Under the pieces are notes generated by a model. The model made no database searches. It was not told the DNA's origin and was given only the letters and a program-made list of their open reading frames with translations. The position numbers and the translations under genes were made by a program. Shown one piece after another: positions 33,117 through 45,525 of a stretch of DNA of 64,000 bases (its first letter is position 1; each line of letters starts with the position of its first letter). The stretch is from an uncultured Acidobacteriota bacterium (GTDB lineage Bacteria; Acidobacteriota; Thermoanaerobaculia; UBA5066), in NCBI GenBank assembly GCA_963779415.1, contig CAVZYA010000001.1, forward strand, positions 1,280,001 through 1,344,000, in the 5' to 3' direction.

Positions 33117-34387
33117 GCGGCCAGTTCCTCCATCAGCCCTTCCGCCGAGAAGCCGGGCCCTGGCGGGCCGGCCACGCCGAGGCCGACGGGACCGAGCGCG
33201 CCGAAGAGGAGGCCGCAGGCTTCTTCCGCGTCTCGCCCGGTCACCGCGTCGATCTCGGCCAGAAACTCGTCCGCGGAGACGGGGCGCCCGCGGGTGAGCC
33301 ATGAGCGCGCCGCCGTCTCGCGGCGCGACGCCGTCGACTCGAGCGAGAGAGCGACCTCCGCCCGGATCTGGTCCTTCGCGCGCGAAAGCTCCGCACGGGA
33401 GAGTCCCGAAGCCGCGAGCGCCCTGAGGAGCCGGCCCGTCGTCCGGGCGAGCTTCTGGAGATTCTTCGGGTGCGTCGCCGCTTCGACGAGGGCGAGGCCC
33501 GCCTCCCGGTGGAGCGAGAGCCCCGCGCCGACGTTGTACGCGAGGCCCTTCCGCTCGCGGATGTCGCGCCAGAGGCGGGAGGAGACGCCACCCCCGAGAA
33601 CGGTCACGGCGATCGAGACCGCCGCGCGGAGAGGATGGTCGAACGGAATCGTCGGTGCGCCGACGAGGAGATGCGCCTGGGCGAGATCGGCGCGCCGCAC
33701 CTCCACGGCACAGCGCCGCGCGCGCGGACGCCCCGCGGGGCGCCGCGTGACCGCGGAGACGGAGGGGACGGGACGCCGCCGCTTCTCGAGACGCCGGACG
33801 ATCGTTTCCGGATCGAAGGCGCCTGCGGCCACGACGAGGATCCGCTCCGGCCGGAAGATCTCCCGAAAGCGCGCGGCGAGCCGCGTGCGGTTGAGGCTCC
33901 GGACGCTCTCGCCGCTTCCGAAAATAGGCGCTCCGAGGGGATGCGAGGGCCAGAGGCGCCGGAGGAACGTGTCGTGGAGGACGTCCTCCGGAACGTCGTT
34001 CGCCTCGGCCATCTCCTCGAGGATCACCTCCCGCTCCACCTCGACGTCCTCCGCCGTGAAGGAGGGGGCTTCCGTCAGGTCGAGGAGGAGGTCCATCGCC
34101 TCTCCCGCCCGGTCGGCCGTCGTCCGGGCGTGGAACGCCACCGAATCCTTCGTCGTGTAGGCGTCGCACTCGCCGCCGAGCCTGTCGGTGAGGCGGGCGA
34201 TGGCCGCGCCGGAGCGACGGCGGCTCCGCCTGAAGAGGAGGTGCTCGAGAAAATGCGTGGCGCCCCGCTCGGCCGGGGACTCGTCCGCCGAGCCCGAGGC
34301 GACGTAGATGCCGATCGCCACGCTCCTGACGTCCCGCATCGGATCGAGCCAGACTTGCGTCCCGTCCGAGAGTCGGCGCGTGAGCAC
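33113..34387 (-). CDS. M16 family zinc peptidase
   Basis: HFLEHLLF (HxxEH), EREVILEE, LGGGVSSRLW..IRE.KGLAY. Confidence 0.9.
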   Translation of the reverse strand: MLTRRLSDGTQVWLDPMRDVRSVAIGIYVASGSADESPAERGATHFLEHLLFRRSRRRSGAAIARLTDRLGGECDAYTTKDSVAFHARTTADRAGEAMDLLLDLTEAPSFTAEDVEVEREVILEEMAEANDVPEDVLHDTFLRRLWPSHPLGAPIFGSGESVRSLNRTRLAARFREIFRPERILVVAAGAFDPETIVRRLEKRRRPVPSVSAVTRRPAGRPRARRCAVEVRRADLAQAHLLVGAPTIPFDHPLRAAVSIAVTVLGGGVSSRLWRDIRERKGLAYNVGAGLSLHREAGLALVEAATHPKNLQKLARTTGRLLRALAASGLSRAELSRAKDQIRAEVALSLESTASRRETAARSWLTRGRPVSADEFLAEIDAVTGRDAEEACGLLFGALGPVGLGVAGPPGPGFSAEGLMEELAA

Positions 34388-34423
34388 GCCCGATTCTACC
34401 GGGGGAGGCGCAATGCACCCCGC

Positions 34424-35074
34424 TCAGTTCGGCTTCGGGACGGGCGGGAGGCCGGGGCCGGGAACTCCTCCGGGATTGTTCCCCGGCGTGGTCGCCCCGA
34501 CGCCCGTGAGGAGCGATACGGTGAAGCGCCAGTCGGAGTAGGTGTCGTGTCCCTGAAAGACCTTGTACGCCTTCTTCTTCGACTTCGAGTAGACGCCCAT
34601 GATCGGCCCGATCGGAGTGCCGGCGGGCGTGCCGAAAGCACCGGAAGAGCCGAACGGGGAGTTGGCGCCCGTCGACGGCGTCGGGGTCGGGGTCGGCTGG
34701 GGCGTCAGGCCGGTCCCTCCCGGGGGCATCGCGCCCGGACCTGCCACCGGCAGTCCCTGCATGGGGGCTCCCGCCGTCGCCGTGATGAGTCCCCAGTCGT
34801 CCGAATTCGTGATCGGGTCCTTCCAGAGTTTCCGGAGCGTCCGCGGGCGGACGGTGAACATCTCCTTCAGGGAGTTCGGATAGCGCCCGTACCGGATCTG
34901 GAAGGTCCGGATTCCCTCGGCGTACTGGAGCCCGCGGAAGATCAGCTCGTCCTCCCGGCTCCGCTGCATCTCGGCCGAGGCGAGCGGCAGGACGGCGGCG
35001 ATCAGGACCGACATCACCGTCATCCCCACGAGGAGGATCACCAGCGTGTAGCCCTTTTCTCTTCTCGCTACCAT
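34424..35074 (-). CDS. Minor pseudopilin-like protein lacking Glu5
   Basis: EKG|YTLVILLVG type III signal; REDELIFRG, YP.SL.EM, LRKLWKDPIT. Confidence 0.8.
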   Translation of the reverse strand: MVARREKGYTLVILLVGMTVMSVLIAAVLPLASAEMQRSREDELIFRGLQYAEGIRTFQIRYGRYPNSLKEMFTVRPRTLRKLWKDPITNSDDWGLITATAGAPMQGLPVAGPGAMPPGGTGLTPQPTPTPTPSTGANSPFGSSGAFGTPAGTPIGPIMGVYSKSKKKAYKVFQGHDTYSDWRFTVSLLTGVGATTPGNNPGGVPGPGLPPVPKPN

Positions 35075-35466
35075 GTGTTCACAGGCGTCCCGTCGAGCCC
35101 CATTTCCTTCGAGCCCGACTTCACGTCCACGATTCCCGGAGGGTGGTCGGGCGCGGTGTCGGAGGAATCGGGCTCCTCCATCGTCACCTCCCACGTGTCG
35201 GCCGACTTCGTGAAGGGGTCGACGGGGACCTTCCGGATGTACCGCTCCGACACGAGGACCTGCAACGATTCGGGATATTTCCCCTTGTCCGCGAAGTACT
35301 GGTCGATGCAGGTGCGGAAGGTGTAGAGGTCCTGCTTCAGCGCCGCTTCGCGCGCGCGCTTCGGCGTCTTGGAGAGATTCGGAAGCGCCACCGCCGTCAG
35401 GATGCCGATGATGGCCATGACGACGAGAAGCTCGATGAGCGTGAATCCCCTCCGTCGTGGTCTCAT
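35068..35466 (-). CDS. GspG-like pseudopilin
   Basis: RG|FTLIELLVVMAII; KYPESLQVLV...RKVPVDPFT. Confidence 0.88.
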   Translation of the reverse strand: MRPRRRGFTLIELLVVMAIIGILTAVALPNLSKTPKRAREAALKQDLYTFRTCIDQYFADKGKYPESLQVLVSERYIRKVPVDPFTKSADTWEVTMEEPDSSDTAPDHPPGIVDVKSGSKEMGLDGTPVNTW

Positions 35467-35467
35467 C

Positions 35468-35929
35468 TCACCAGTCCTTGTACTTCGTCTTGTCGAGCGC
35501 GGTCCCGTCCGAGAGGGAGTAGACGTCGTAGACGTTCTGGCGCCCCCACGAAGTCGAGTCGGGCTCGTCCTGGTAGCTGCGCAGCCCCCACTCGGCTTTC
35601 TGCGTCATCGGGTCGATCGGGATCTTCCGGAGGAAGCGGCGCTTCTTCTTCACCTGCCCGACGAGGTCCACCCCTTCGACGAGCGCTTCGAGGCTCTTCG
35701 GATACCCTTCCGTCCCGAGGTCGACCGGAATCAGCCCCTGGTCGCAGAGCCGCTTGTAGTCGTCGATCGCGGACCGCATCGTCCGGAGCGCTTCCTTGAG
35801 TTCGAGCTCCCTCTGGCGCTGGACGTTGAAGCGGGTCACCGGAACGATGGCGGCGGTCAGGATCATGATGCACGCGACCACCATCACGAGCTCCGTGAGC
35901 GAGTAGCCGGAAGAGCGGCGACGGCGCAC
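35468..35929 (-). CDS. GspG-like pseudopilin
   Basis: SG|YSLTELVMVV; GYPKSLEALVEG, FLRKIPIDPMT; start uncertain (GTG 35929). Confidence 0.85.
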   Translation of the reverse strand: MRRRRSSGYSLTELVMVVACIMILTAAIVPVTRFNVQRQRELELKEALRTMRSAIDDYKRLCDQGLIPVDLGTEGYPKSLEALVEGVDLVGQVKKKRRFLRKIPIDPMTQKAEWGLRSYQDEPDSTSWGRQNVYDVYSLSDGTALDKTKYKDW

Positions 35930-35937
35930 GGGAGCCC

Positions 35938-38427
35938 TCAGCTCCCCGCCGAGACGGTCACGGCCGCCGGGTTGACGACGGGAGGAATGCTCCCCCGCTT
36001 CGTCACCACGTTTCCCGCCGAGGCCCGGAAGAAGGCCGTTCCGCCCGAAGCTCCGCGGATCGAGAAGATCGCGAGAGGACCCGACGGGATCCCCCAGTCG
36101 CCGTCCCGGCGGAGCATCTGGATCCGCGCTCGTCCGGCGACGCGGTCCGCATCGAAGCGGATCAGATTCGCCCCGACGCCGTCGCTCCACGGTCCCGGAG
36201 CGATCCCCGTCACCTCGGTCACCTCCGGATTCCACTCGACGTTCACCTCGAGAAGACGGGCGTCGGAAAGGCCGCTCTCGCCGACGAGGGAGACCTTTGC
36301 GGCCTCGCCCGGCGCGAGGGTCGTCGAGGAGGGGAGGAGGCTGAATTCCGGAGAGCCTGGCAACACGGCCGCCTTCGCGGCGGAGACGGCGGTCGTCGAC
36401 GACACCGGCGCGGACGCGGCCGCAGCCATTACGGAAGCCGTCTTTTCTGACTCCGGAGAGGTCTTGAGCGACGAGTTGCCCGGCGGTGGCGTCGGGAGGA
36501 CGGGAATGCCGGGCGCTCCCAGAGGAATCGAAGGCGCCGGGGTCGGAGAGGCCGCCGGCGACTGCGGCGTCGACTGGCGGAACAGGTCGGTCGGGGCCGA
36601 GCCGCCGAACGCGGGCACGGGCGCCTGCGAGCGCGGGGGCTGGGCCGGGACCGCCCGGGCCCCGCCGTCGAACGGCGAGCCGGCGGCGGACGGGGACTCG
36701 AGCCGCGTCCCCTGCCCCGAGAAGGAGACGTTGTTCTCCGTCCCGACCCAGATCGGCAGAAGGTCCTCCTCGGTGATCTGCGGGGCGCGGATGATGTGGG
36801 GCGTCAGCGTCATGAAAATGTCGGTCGTCTGGTCGCTGTTCTTGTAGTGCGTGAAGAGCGTTCCGAGGAGCGGAATGTCGGAGAGGAACGGGATCTTGTC
36901 CTTCGTCTGCGTCTGGTCGCGCCGGACGAGCCCTGCGAGGAAATTCGTCTCGCCGTCCTTCAGCCGGATCGTCGTGTTGATCGTCCGCGTGCCGATCTGG
37001 GGCATGCTGGGCCCGCCCGGCTGCGTCACGTAGCCGTTGATGTTCGAGATCTCGAGGAGGAGCTTCATCGAGACCTCCTTGTTGTGGTGAACCCGCGGCT
37101 CGATCTCCACCTTGATCCCGACGTCCTGATACTGGAACGACGTGATCGGGACGACGCCGATCTGGCCGACCGACTGCGTCGTGTTGTACGTCGAGACGGG
37201 GATCGGCACGCGGTCGCCGATGACGAGCTGCGCCTTCTCCCCTTCGGCGATCCGGAGCTGGGGCTTCGCGAGGACCTGCGCGTCGGTGTTCTGCTTGAGG
37301 AAGTTGAACGTGACGGTCGGGAGAGTGAAGCTGATGTCGTTGATCCCGAGGTTCTTGATCTGGTTCCATGTCATCGAGCCGACCGCCGCTCCGGCCGCGT
37401 CGATGACGGTCGCCGTGGTCGAGTACTGCGACAGGAGCATTCCGAGGTCGAGCAGGTTGTTCCTCCCGATCAGGAGGAGCTCCACGTCGACGATGACCTC
37501 GGCCTTCGCCTTGTCGGTCTCCTCGATGAGCCTCTCGGCGACGGCCACCTTGTCGGCCGTGTCGCGGATGACGATGGCGTTCAGCTGCGGGACCGGCTGG
37601 AGACGCCGCATGTCGAGGACGGCCCGAACCATCCCCGAGACGTCCTTCACGTCCCCGTTCGAGAGGAAGAAGGTCCGGATGACGAGGTCTTCGTACTCGC
37701 GGCGGTTCTGCTGCGTGTCCTGCGCGATGATGATCGTCCGCTCGTCGAGAACCTTGTAGAAGTGTCCGGCCTGGCGCATCGCGACCTCGAGCGCCCGCTG
37801 GAAGGTCATCCCCCGGAGGTCCAGCGTGAACTTGTCGTCCTTGAGCTGCGGGTCGAAGATGACGTTGATTCCGGCCGACGCGCAGAGGGCGTTGTAGATC
37901 TTCTTGATGTTCGTGTCGGGAGGGAAGGAGACGTCGATCAGCTTGTCGGAGCTGGGGCTGAGCATCGGCGGCGCCGCCCGACGCCCTCGGGCCTTCGCCT
38001 TCGCGATCTCGGTCGGGGTCCCGCCGGCGGACTCGCGGTCCCGGAGCTCGACGTCGGCCCTGGCCCGCTTCAGCTCCATTTGCGCCGCATCGTTCGAGGG
38101 ATCGAGGGAGACCGCCTGCTCGAGTTCGAGGACCGAGAGGTCGATCTCTCCCGACTGCCGGTAGATCTTCCCCCGCTCGAAGTGGATCCGGGAGGCCTTC
38201 ATGCGGACCCGGTTGTAAGCCGCCTTCGCCTCGATGTTCGTCGGATCCGTCTCGAAAGCCTTCTGGTACGCGAGGAGGGCGAGGTCCCAGTGCTCGCGCG
38301 CTTCGGCGTCCGCGCCGTCGCGCATCGCCCTGTTCGTGGCGCACCCCGCCGTCAGGGCGACGAGGAGACCGACGGCCAGTGCGCGCCGGGCGAGGAATCG
38401 AAGGGGGCGGAAGGACGGTGTTTTCAT
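35938..38427 (-). CDS. Lipoprotein secretin (GspD-like) with TPR-like N-terminus and cohesin-like C-terminus
   Basis: LTAG-C lipobox; IGDRVPIP, YQDVGIK, IRLKDGET, KIPFLSDIPLLG.LF, LTPHII; Pro-rich linker then a beta-rich tail. Confidence 0.88.
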   Translation of the reverse strand: MKTPSFRPLRFLARRALAVGLLVALTAGCATNRAMRDGADAEAREHWDLALLAYQKAFETDPTNIEAKAAYNRVRMKASRIHFERGKIYRQSGEIDLSVLELEQAVSLDPSNDAAQMELKRARADVELRDRESAGGTPTEIAKAKARGRRAAPPMLSPSSDKLIDVSFPPDTNIKKIYNALCASAGINVIFDPQLKDDKFTLDLRGMTFQRALEVAMRQAGHFYKVLDERTIIIAQDTQQNRREYEDLVIRTFFLSNGDVKDVSGMVRAVLDMRRLQPVPQLNAIVIRDTADKVAVAERLIEETDKAKAEVIVDVELLLIGRNNLLDLGMLLSQYSTTATVIDAAGAAVGSMTWNQIKNLGINDISFTLPTVTFNFLKQNTDAQVLAKPQLRIAEGEKAQLVIGDRVPIPVSTYNTTQSVGQIGVVPITSFQYQDVGIKVEIEPRVHHNKEVSMKLLLEISNINGYVTQPGGPSMPQIGTRTINTTIRLKDGETNFLAGLVRRDQTQTKDKIPFLSDIPLLGTLFTHYKNSDQTTDIFMTLTPHIIRAPQITEEDLLPIWVGTENNVSFSGQGTRLESPSAAGSPFDGGARAVPAQPPRSQAPVPAFGGSAPTDLFRQSTPQSPAASPTPAPSIPLGAPGIPVLPTPPPGNSSLKTSPESEKTASVMAAAASAPVSSTTAVSAAKAAVLPGSPEFSLLPSSTTLAPGEAAKVSLVGESGLSDARLLEVNVEWNPEVTEVTGIAPGPWSDGVGANLIRFDADRVAGRARIQMLRRDGDWGIPSGPLAIFSIRGASGGTAFFRASAGNVVTKRGSIPPVVNPAAVTVSAGS

Positions 38428-38448
38428 CGGCAAAGACCTCGTCGGACC

Positions 38449-39047
38449 TCAGGGATATGCGATCGGAATCGGGAGACGGCGGGTGATCTCGGGCGGAAGC
38501 CCGACGAACCCGAAGTCGACCGATTCCCGGTTGATCTTCCGGACGATGAAGCGGTTGTCGACGACATCCCCTTCGCGGGCATTGATCAGACGCGCGCCCT
38601 CCTCGAGCGCCACGATCGGCCCGTCTCTCGGCCCGAACTTCCCGATCGCCTTGAACGGTAAGGTCGGCGGGACGATCGGCGTCGGCGTCGGGACGGGCGT
38701 CGGAAAGTCCGGGAGGAGGTAGTAGACCGCCGGCGTCGGCGTCGGCGGGACCGCCGTCGGGGTCGGCGTCGGCGAGCTGTAGAAGCGGAAGACGTCGCGT
38801 CCCACCTCGTCCTTCATGGCGCCCCGCCCCGCCGCGAGACGAAGCTCCGGCACCGATTCGGGGTCGAGGGCGCCGCCGCGCACCGCCGGCGGCCGGCCCC
38901 CCCCTTGAGCGGCGAGATCGTCTCCGGCGCATTGGACGGCCAGAGGGAGAGAGCGGCGATCCCGGCGGCTCCGGCGAGCAGGATGAGAAGCAGGCGCAGA
39001 TTGCTCTTCGCCGGCGCGCCGGCCGCGGCGGGCGCGGACCTCTTCAT
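38449..39047 (-). CDS. PilP/GspC-position membrane-anchored protein, frameshift near 38885
   Basis: N-terminal TM; GRDVFRF, PT-rich linker, AREGDVVDNRFIVRKI. Confidence 0.65.
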
Positions 39048-39729
39048 TCGGGCACCATTGCCGCCGCCGCGGGGGCGGAAGCCGCCGCCGGGGACGGGCG
39101 AGCGACCGGGCGGGGCGCCCGCTTCACCGGGCGCGGCCCTTCCGGCCGGAAGTAATGCGAGACGGCGAGCGAGACACGGAGGACGTCCGGCACGTTTTCG
39201 TCGAGAGCCACTTGCACGCGCTCCGGGACGAGGAACTTCGGGCTCGTCTCGAACGTGTAGAGGAGCCTCTTGATGTCGGCGTAGCGCCCTTCGACACGGA
39301 AAGAGATCGTCATCCGGTCGGCTCCCGCCACCGCGTCCTCCGCGTAGCTGACGGTCGGGGGGAGAAGCCGGCCTGCCGCGTGATGGCGTCCACGTCCTCG
39401 AGGAGGCTCGCGAGCCGTTCCTTCCGCGTGCCGAGGACGTCGCCGTAGAAGGCATCGAGATCCTTCTTCAGCTCCACGAGCCGGCGCTCCGCCTCCCGCG
39501 CCTTTTCGAGCGCGAGCCGGGCCTGGTCGCGGCGCTGAACGAGGGACTGACGCGTCTCTTCGAGACCGGAGAGGCGGACGTTGTAGAAGACGCGGTAGAC
39601 GACGAGGATGGCGAGGTTCGCGAGGAGGAGGACCCCGAGCGCGATGAAGAGCGCCGCGCGGCTCCGCCAGAGCGAGCGCGAAACGGTCCGGGCGCCGTTC
39701 GCCGTGCCGCGCGGCGCGCCGGCCGTCAT
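39044..39729 (-). CDS. PilO/GspM-like protein, frameshift at the G run near 39360
   Basis: TM, coiled coil, then VEGRYADIKRLLYTFETSPKFLV. Confidence 0.75.
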
Positions 39730-40334
39730 GGCTTCTCCTCCACGTCGCGATAGAGGACGCCGAGGAGGATCCGCCGCCCGTCGGCGGCCCTCCGTTCTCC
39801 ACGCTCCTCCGACCGGGGCGTCGGGCGGTCGAACCAGGGCGAGCCGTAGAAGGTGCGGATCGCCCGCGGCAGTCCCCCCGGATCGCGCGAGACGAGCGTC
39901 AGCTCGACCCAGAAGAGCTCGTTCTTGCCGGTCCCCGTCTTCGCGTCGCTCTTGTCGGCGCTCACGAGGTTGATGGCGGCGATGCGCATGTCGGCCGGAA
40001 GGGTTTTCTCGAGGCGGTCCAGAAAGCGGGTCCACGCGAACGCCCGGCGGCGGGTGATCCGGTTCGCGTCCTCGGCGTCGGCGCGCATCTCGTCGACGTC
40101 GTAGCGCGACAAGCGCGCTTCCGCGGCGCGCCGCTCGGACTCGAGCCGCGCGCTCTCGTCGCGGAGCGCCGCGATCGCGTCGCGGGTCTTCCGCGATCCG
40201 TCGAAATAGCGGACGACGGTCCGGACGGAGACGAACGACAGGACGAGGACGGTCGCGGCGAGGACTCCCGCCGCCACATTCGCGGGGCGCGTGTCGATGA
40301 AGGGGCGGCGGGCGAGGTTGAGGCCGTGCGCCAT
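39726..40334 (-). CDS. PilN-like protein
   Basis: LNLARRPF N-terminal motif, TM, coiled coil, WTRFLDRLEKTLP. Confidence 0.8.
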   Translation of the reverse strand: MAHGLNLARRPFIDTRPANVAAGVLAATVLVLSFVSVRTVVRYFDGSRKTRDAIAALRDESARLESERRAAEARLSRYDVDEMRADAEDANRITRRRAFAWTRFLDRLEKTLPADMRIAAINLVSADKSDAKTGTGKNELFWVELTLVSRDPGGLPRAIRTFYGSPWFDRPTPRSEERGERRAADGRRILLGVLYRDVEEKP

Positions 40335-40337
40335 CGG

Positions 40338-41301
40338 TCAGTCCTTCCCTGCCATGGCGCCGAGGGCCGCGAGAAGATCCGCCGAATCGGTCCGCCCCGA
40401 GGCGATGCGCGTCCCGGGGAGGAGCGTCGCGACGGAGAGAGGGAGGACAGGGGCTCCTCCCGCCTCCTCGCGGAAGGCGATGAGCGCGGCGACGGCCGGC
40501 GCTCCCACGGGACCCGCCGCGCAGGGGATCCGGGCCGCCGGAATCTCGTCGCCAGCGCCATCGCCGGAGACGAAGGAGGCCGTGGCGCGAAGCTCCGCGA
40601 GGGCCGCCTCCGCTTCTTCGGTGCGGCGGACGCGGAGGAACCGGAGGTTTCCCTTCTCGAAATGGGCCGCCGACGAAGTCTCGCCGCGCGACCAGACCAC
40701 GAGGCCGTCGCCCGCGAGCGCCACGGCGCCGAGCGACGAAACGGCCAGCGTCTCGGTCTCGATGGCGCCGATCCGGATGCCGGCCCGCTCGAACGGCGCC
40801 TCCCACGAAGCCGCGGCCTCCTCGGGGACCGCGAGGGCGAGGACGCGCGTCGCCGGCGCGCCGGCGCCGGGGCCGGCGGGACGCCACGAAAGCCGGAGGG
40901 GCGGCACCGGCTCGCCGAACGTCCGGCCGAACTTCCAGGTCAGGATCTCTTCGACCTCCCGGGCGTGCTGCTCGGCGTCCTCGACGTCCACGACGAGGAC
41001 CCGGATGAAATTGTCCGGCACGACGAGGGAGGCCGCCGGCGTCTTCACCGCCGCCTCGGCGAGAAGGCGCGCGACGGCGCCCGCCCAGGAGGGTCCGGCG
41101 ACCGGCGCGCCCCCGGGTCCTTCGGCGAACGCGTCCGGCGGGAGCGGCGTGGAGACGGAACGGACCGCCGGGGGGGTGCCCGAAGCGGCGCGCCCCGGGT
41201 TCTCCGGCCCCACGTACGTCAGGCGCTCGCGGCCGAGGACGAACGCGTGTGACGGCCGTTTCGTCGAGAGCCACGGCGCTCTGCGGAAGAGCGTCTTCAG
41301 G

Positions 41302-41309
<8 letters not shown>
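40338..41309 (-). CDS. PilM/GspL-like cytoplasmic assembly protein
   Basis: Lies between the ATPase and PilN; LVVPD..IRV, WEAPFERAGI pattern. Confidence 0.65.
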
Positions 41310-42927
<1,618 letters not shown>

Positions 42928-42929
42928 GT

Positions 42930-44180
42930 TCAGCCCTTGATGTTGGAGAGGACGGAGAACATCGGAAGATAGATCGAGAGGAGGATCGTGGCGATCACGC
43001 CCCCCATCACGATCAGGATGACCGGCTCGACGAGATTGATGAGGCGCTGCAGCGAGGCCTCGATTGCCTCGTCATAGAAGTCCGAGACGTTCGTCAGCAT
43101 GTCCTCGAGCGCCCCCGTCGCCTCGCCCACCTTGATCATCTCGACCGCGAGCGAGGTGAACTGCGCCGATTCCTCGAGGCTGCGCCACAGCTCGGCCCCT
43201 TCGCGCACCTTCGGCACGACCGTGTGGACGGCGTCCGAGATCTTCCGGTTCGCGACGGCACCGGCCGCGATCTCGAGGGCCGGGACGAGCGGGGTCCCGG
43301 AGCCGACGAGCGTCGCGAGAGAGCGGGAAAACTGCGAGACGGCGAACTGGTGGAGGATTTTTCCCACCACCGGAATCCGGAGGAGGAACCCGTCGAACGT
43401 CCGCTGTCCGGCGTCCGTCCGCCGCCAGCGCGACCCGAGCCAGAGGAGCGCGACCACCCCCGCCGCGAGGAAGGGAAAGTTCGTCTTCGTGAAGGTCGCG
43501 ATCGCGATGACGACGCGCGTCAGGAGCGGAAGCTCGCTTCCGAATCCCGCGAAGAACTCCACGAACCTCGGGATGACGTAGGTCATCAGGATCGTGATCA
43601 GGCCGATCGAGAGGCCGACGAGGACGGTCGGGTAGACGAGGGCCGAGACGACCCGCCGCTTCACGGAGGCGAGGATCTTCTGGTAGGAGAGATACCGACG
43701 GAGGACCTTCTCGACCTCCCCCGAGCGCTCGCCCGCCTTCAGCGAAGTGCCGTAGAGGCGTGGGAAGACGTCGCCGTGCTCGAGGAACGCGTCCGAGAGC
43801 GCAACGCCCGAAACGAGCCGATCGTGGATCCCGGACATGATCTCCTTGAAGCGGGGATTCGCCTGCCGCTCCATCAGGATCTCGAAGCCGGCGACGACGG
43901 GGAGCCCCGCCTTCAGGAGGGCGACGAGCTCCTGGTTGAAGACGAGAAATTCCTCGGTCGAGACGGCGCGCCGGCGACGGAAGAGCTTGCCGAGCGAGAC
44001 CTTCCCCGGGAGCCGTACGGCGCGGGTACGGGCGGACGTCCCGTCGGCGCGGCGGATCGAGAAGAGGCGTCCCCCCTGGCGCGCCACCTCCGTACGGAGC
44101 GTCTCCTCGTCGGAGGCGTCGACCGTCCGCGTCGCGACGGCGCCGTCCGCCATCCCGATCCGGCAGACGAACGTCGCCAT
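42930..44180 (-). CDS. GspF/PilC-family platform protein
   Basis: FNQELVALLKAGLP, AGERSG, ALVYP, MIKVGEATG, LVEPVIL. Confidence 0.92.
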   Translation of the reverse strand: MATFVCRIGMADGAVATRTVDASDEETLRTEVARQGGRLFSIRRADGTSARTRAVRLPGKVSLGKLFRRRRAVSTEEFLVFNQELVALLKAGLPVVAGFEILMERQANPRFKEIMSGIHDRLVSGVALSDAFLEHGDVFPRLYGTSLKAGERSGEVEKVLRRYLSYQKILASVKRRVVSALVYPTVLVGLSIGLITILMTYVIPRFVEFFAGFGSELPLLTRVVIAIATFTKTNFPFLAAGVVALLWLGSRWRRTDAGQRTFDGFLLRIPVVGKILHQFAVSQFSRSLATLVGSGTPLVPALEIAAGAVANRKISDAVHTVVPKVREGAELWRSLEESAQFTSLAVEMIKVGEATGALEDMLTNVSDFYDEAIEASLQRLINLVEPVILIVMGGVIATILLSIYLPMFSVLSNIKG

Positions 44181-44917
44181 CAGTCCGGCCTGGTGACCCC
44201 GGGGCCCGGGATCTGCCAGGCGCCCCGGAAGACGAGAACGAGCGCTCCCGTCGCCGCCTCGTCCCGCCCCACCGCGAGGATGAAGGGAGGGCCGACGGGG
44301 ACGTTGAGCGTCGTCCGGATGATGTCTCCGCGCGGGACCGTGACGCCGGGCCCGGGAATCGGGCGGAGGCGCTCGAACATGAGCCCTTTCAGCCGGACCT
44401 GCCGGAGATCGTCCGAGCCCTCGATCTGGAATTCGAGCCGGTAGTCGCGGCCGAGGACGGAGGCCACCGTCTGTCCCTCGGATCCCTGCACGCGGACCGT
44501 ATCGAGCCGGGTATAGCTCGTGAACCGGAAGAGCTGGCGCAGCTTCTCGCCGATCCCCTTCAGCTCCTCCTCCGCGGGGTAGACCGGCGCGACTCCGGGC
44601 CCGGGGCGGCTCTCCATCGAGGCCCTGAGAAGCGTGACGCGCAGGTCGATCGAGCGCGGCGCCACGTCCCAGGCGGCGATCGTCCGGGCAGCACGCTCGA
44701 CGGCGGACGCGCTGTCCCGGACCGTCAGGACGTTTCCCTTCGGCTGGACGATGACCGAGCCCCCCTCCGTCAGAAGCGGCCGGACGACGGCCACGGCGTC
44801 TTCGGGAGCGTGGTATCGGAGCGCGAAGACCCGGACGACGACCTCCGTGGCCGACACCGCGGCAGGGCGCGGGGATCCGAGGAGGAGGGCGAGGACGAAG
44901 AGCGAAGCGCGGGTCAT
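44180..44917 (-). CDS. Exported protein with a single secretin N/NolW-like domain
   Basis: Signal peptide; RVFALRY..PEDAVAVVRPLL..GGSV..GNVLTVRD......AWDVAPRSI. Confidence 0.65.
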   Translation of the reverse strand: MTRASLFVLALLLGSPRPAAVSATEVVVRVFALRYHAPEDAVAVVRPLLTEGGSVIVQPKGNVLTVRDSASAVERAARTIAAWDVAPRSIDLRVTLLRASMESRPGPGVAPVYPAEEELKGIGEKLRQLFRFTSYTRLDTVRVQGSEGQTVASVLGRDYRLEFQIEGSDDLRQVRLKGLMFERLRPIPGPGVTVPRGDIIRTTLNVPVGPPFILAVGRDEAATGALVLVFRGAWQIPGPGVTRPD

Positions 44918-44919
44918 GA

Positions 44920-45525
44920 TCAGAGGTCCGCCCCGGGGTTCGCGACGAAGACGACGGTCGGCTCCGTCGGCGTCGAGGCCGCGAACTGATAGACGCGCGC
45001 TCCCGGGTTCTCCAGACGCTCCACGATAGGACGCGTGTTCGCCATCGCCCCGGCCGCCACCGGCAACGGAACCGACGCCACAGGGAGAGTGGGCTGCCGG
45101 AGGTAGAGAACGGCGGCCAGGCCGGAGGCGAGGAGGACGACCGCCGCGGCCCGGACCCACGAGGGAAGGCCCGCCCACGGGTGACGGTTCCGGCCGCCCC
45201 CTTCGGTGTCGCGGACCCGGATCGCCGCGAGGACATCGGCAGCGAGGATCTCCGCCTCGGCCGCCTCGTCGTGCGTCCCGCGCGGGACGGGGTGCGCGCC
45301 GCGCGAGGCGTCCTCGTTCCTCCCGGCCGAGACCGAGAGGCGGACGAAGAGAAGCGTCGGGTCGACGGCGACCGCATCGGCGAAGCAGGCTGCGCAGGAC
45401 GAAACGTGGCGCGCGAGAAGCTCCTCCCCCGCCGCGTCGAGCGCCTCCCGGGAGCGGAGCGCCGCGAGCCGCGCGGTCGTCTCCCGCTCCGGACAGGGCG
45501 CCGCCGGATGGAGCGGCCCGCTCAT
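44920..45525 (-). CDS. Zinc-binding (ZAS) membrane anti-sigma factor
   Basis: HVSSCAAC (HxxxCxxC), one TM helix; ATGA overlap with the ECF stop. Confidence 0.8.
   Translation of the reverse strand: MSGPLHPAAPCPERETTARLAALRSREALDAAGEELLARHVSSCAACFADAVAVDPTLLFVRLSVSAGRNEDASRGAHPVPRGTHDEAAEAEILAADVLAAIRVRDTEGGGRNRHPWAGLPSWVRAAAVVLLASGLAAVLYLRQPTLPVASVPLPVAAGAMANTRPIVERLENPGARVYQFAASTPTEPTVVFVANPGADL

Noticed and set aside
38680-38772. GTCGGC repeats as a DNA element
   Set aside because: They encode a Pro-Thr linker within the PilP-like gene.
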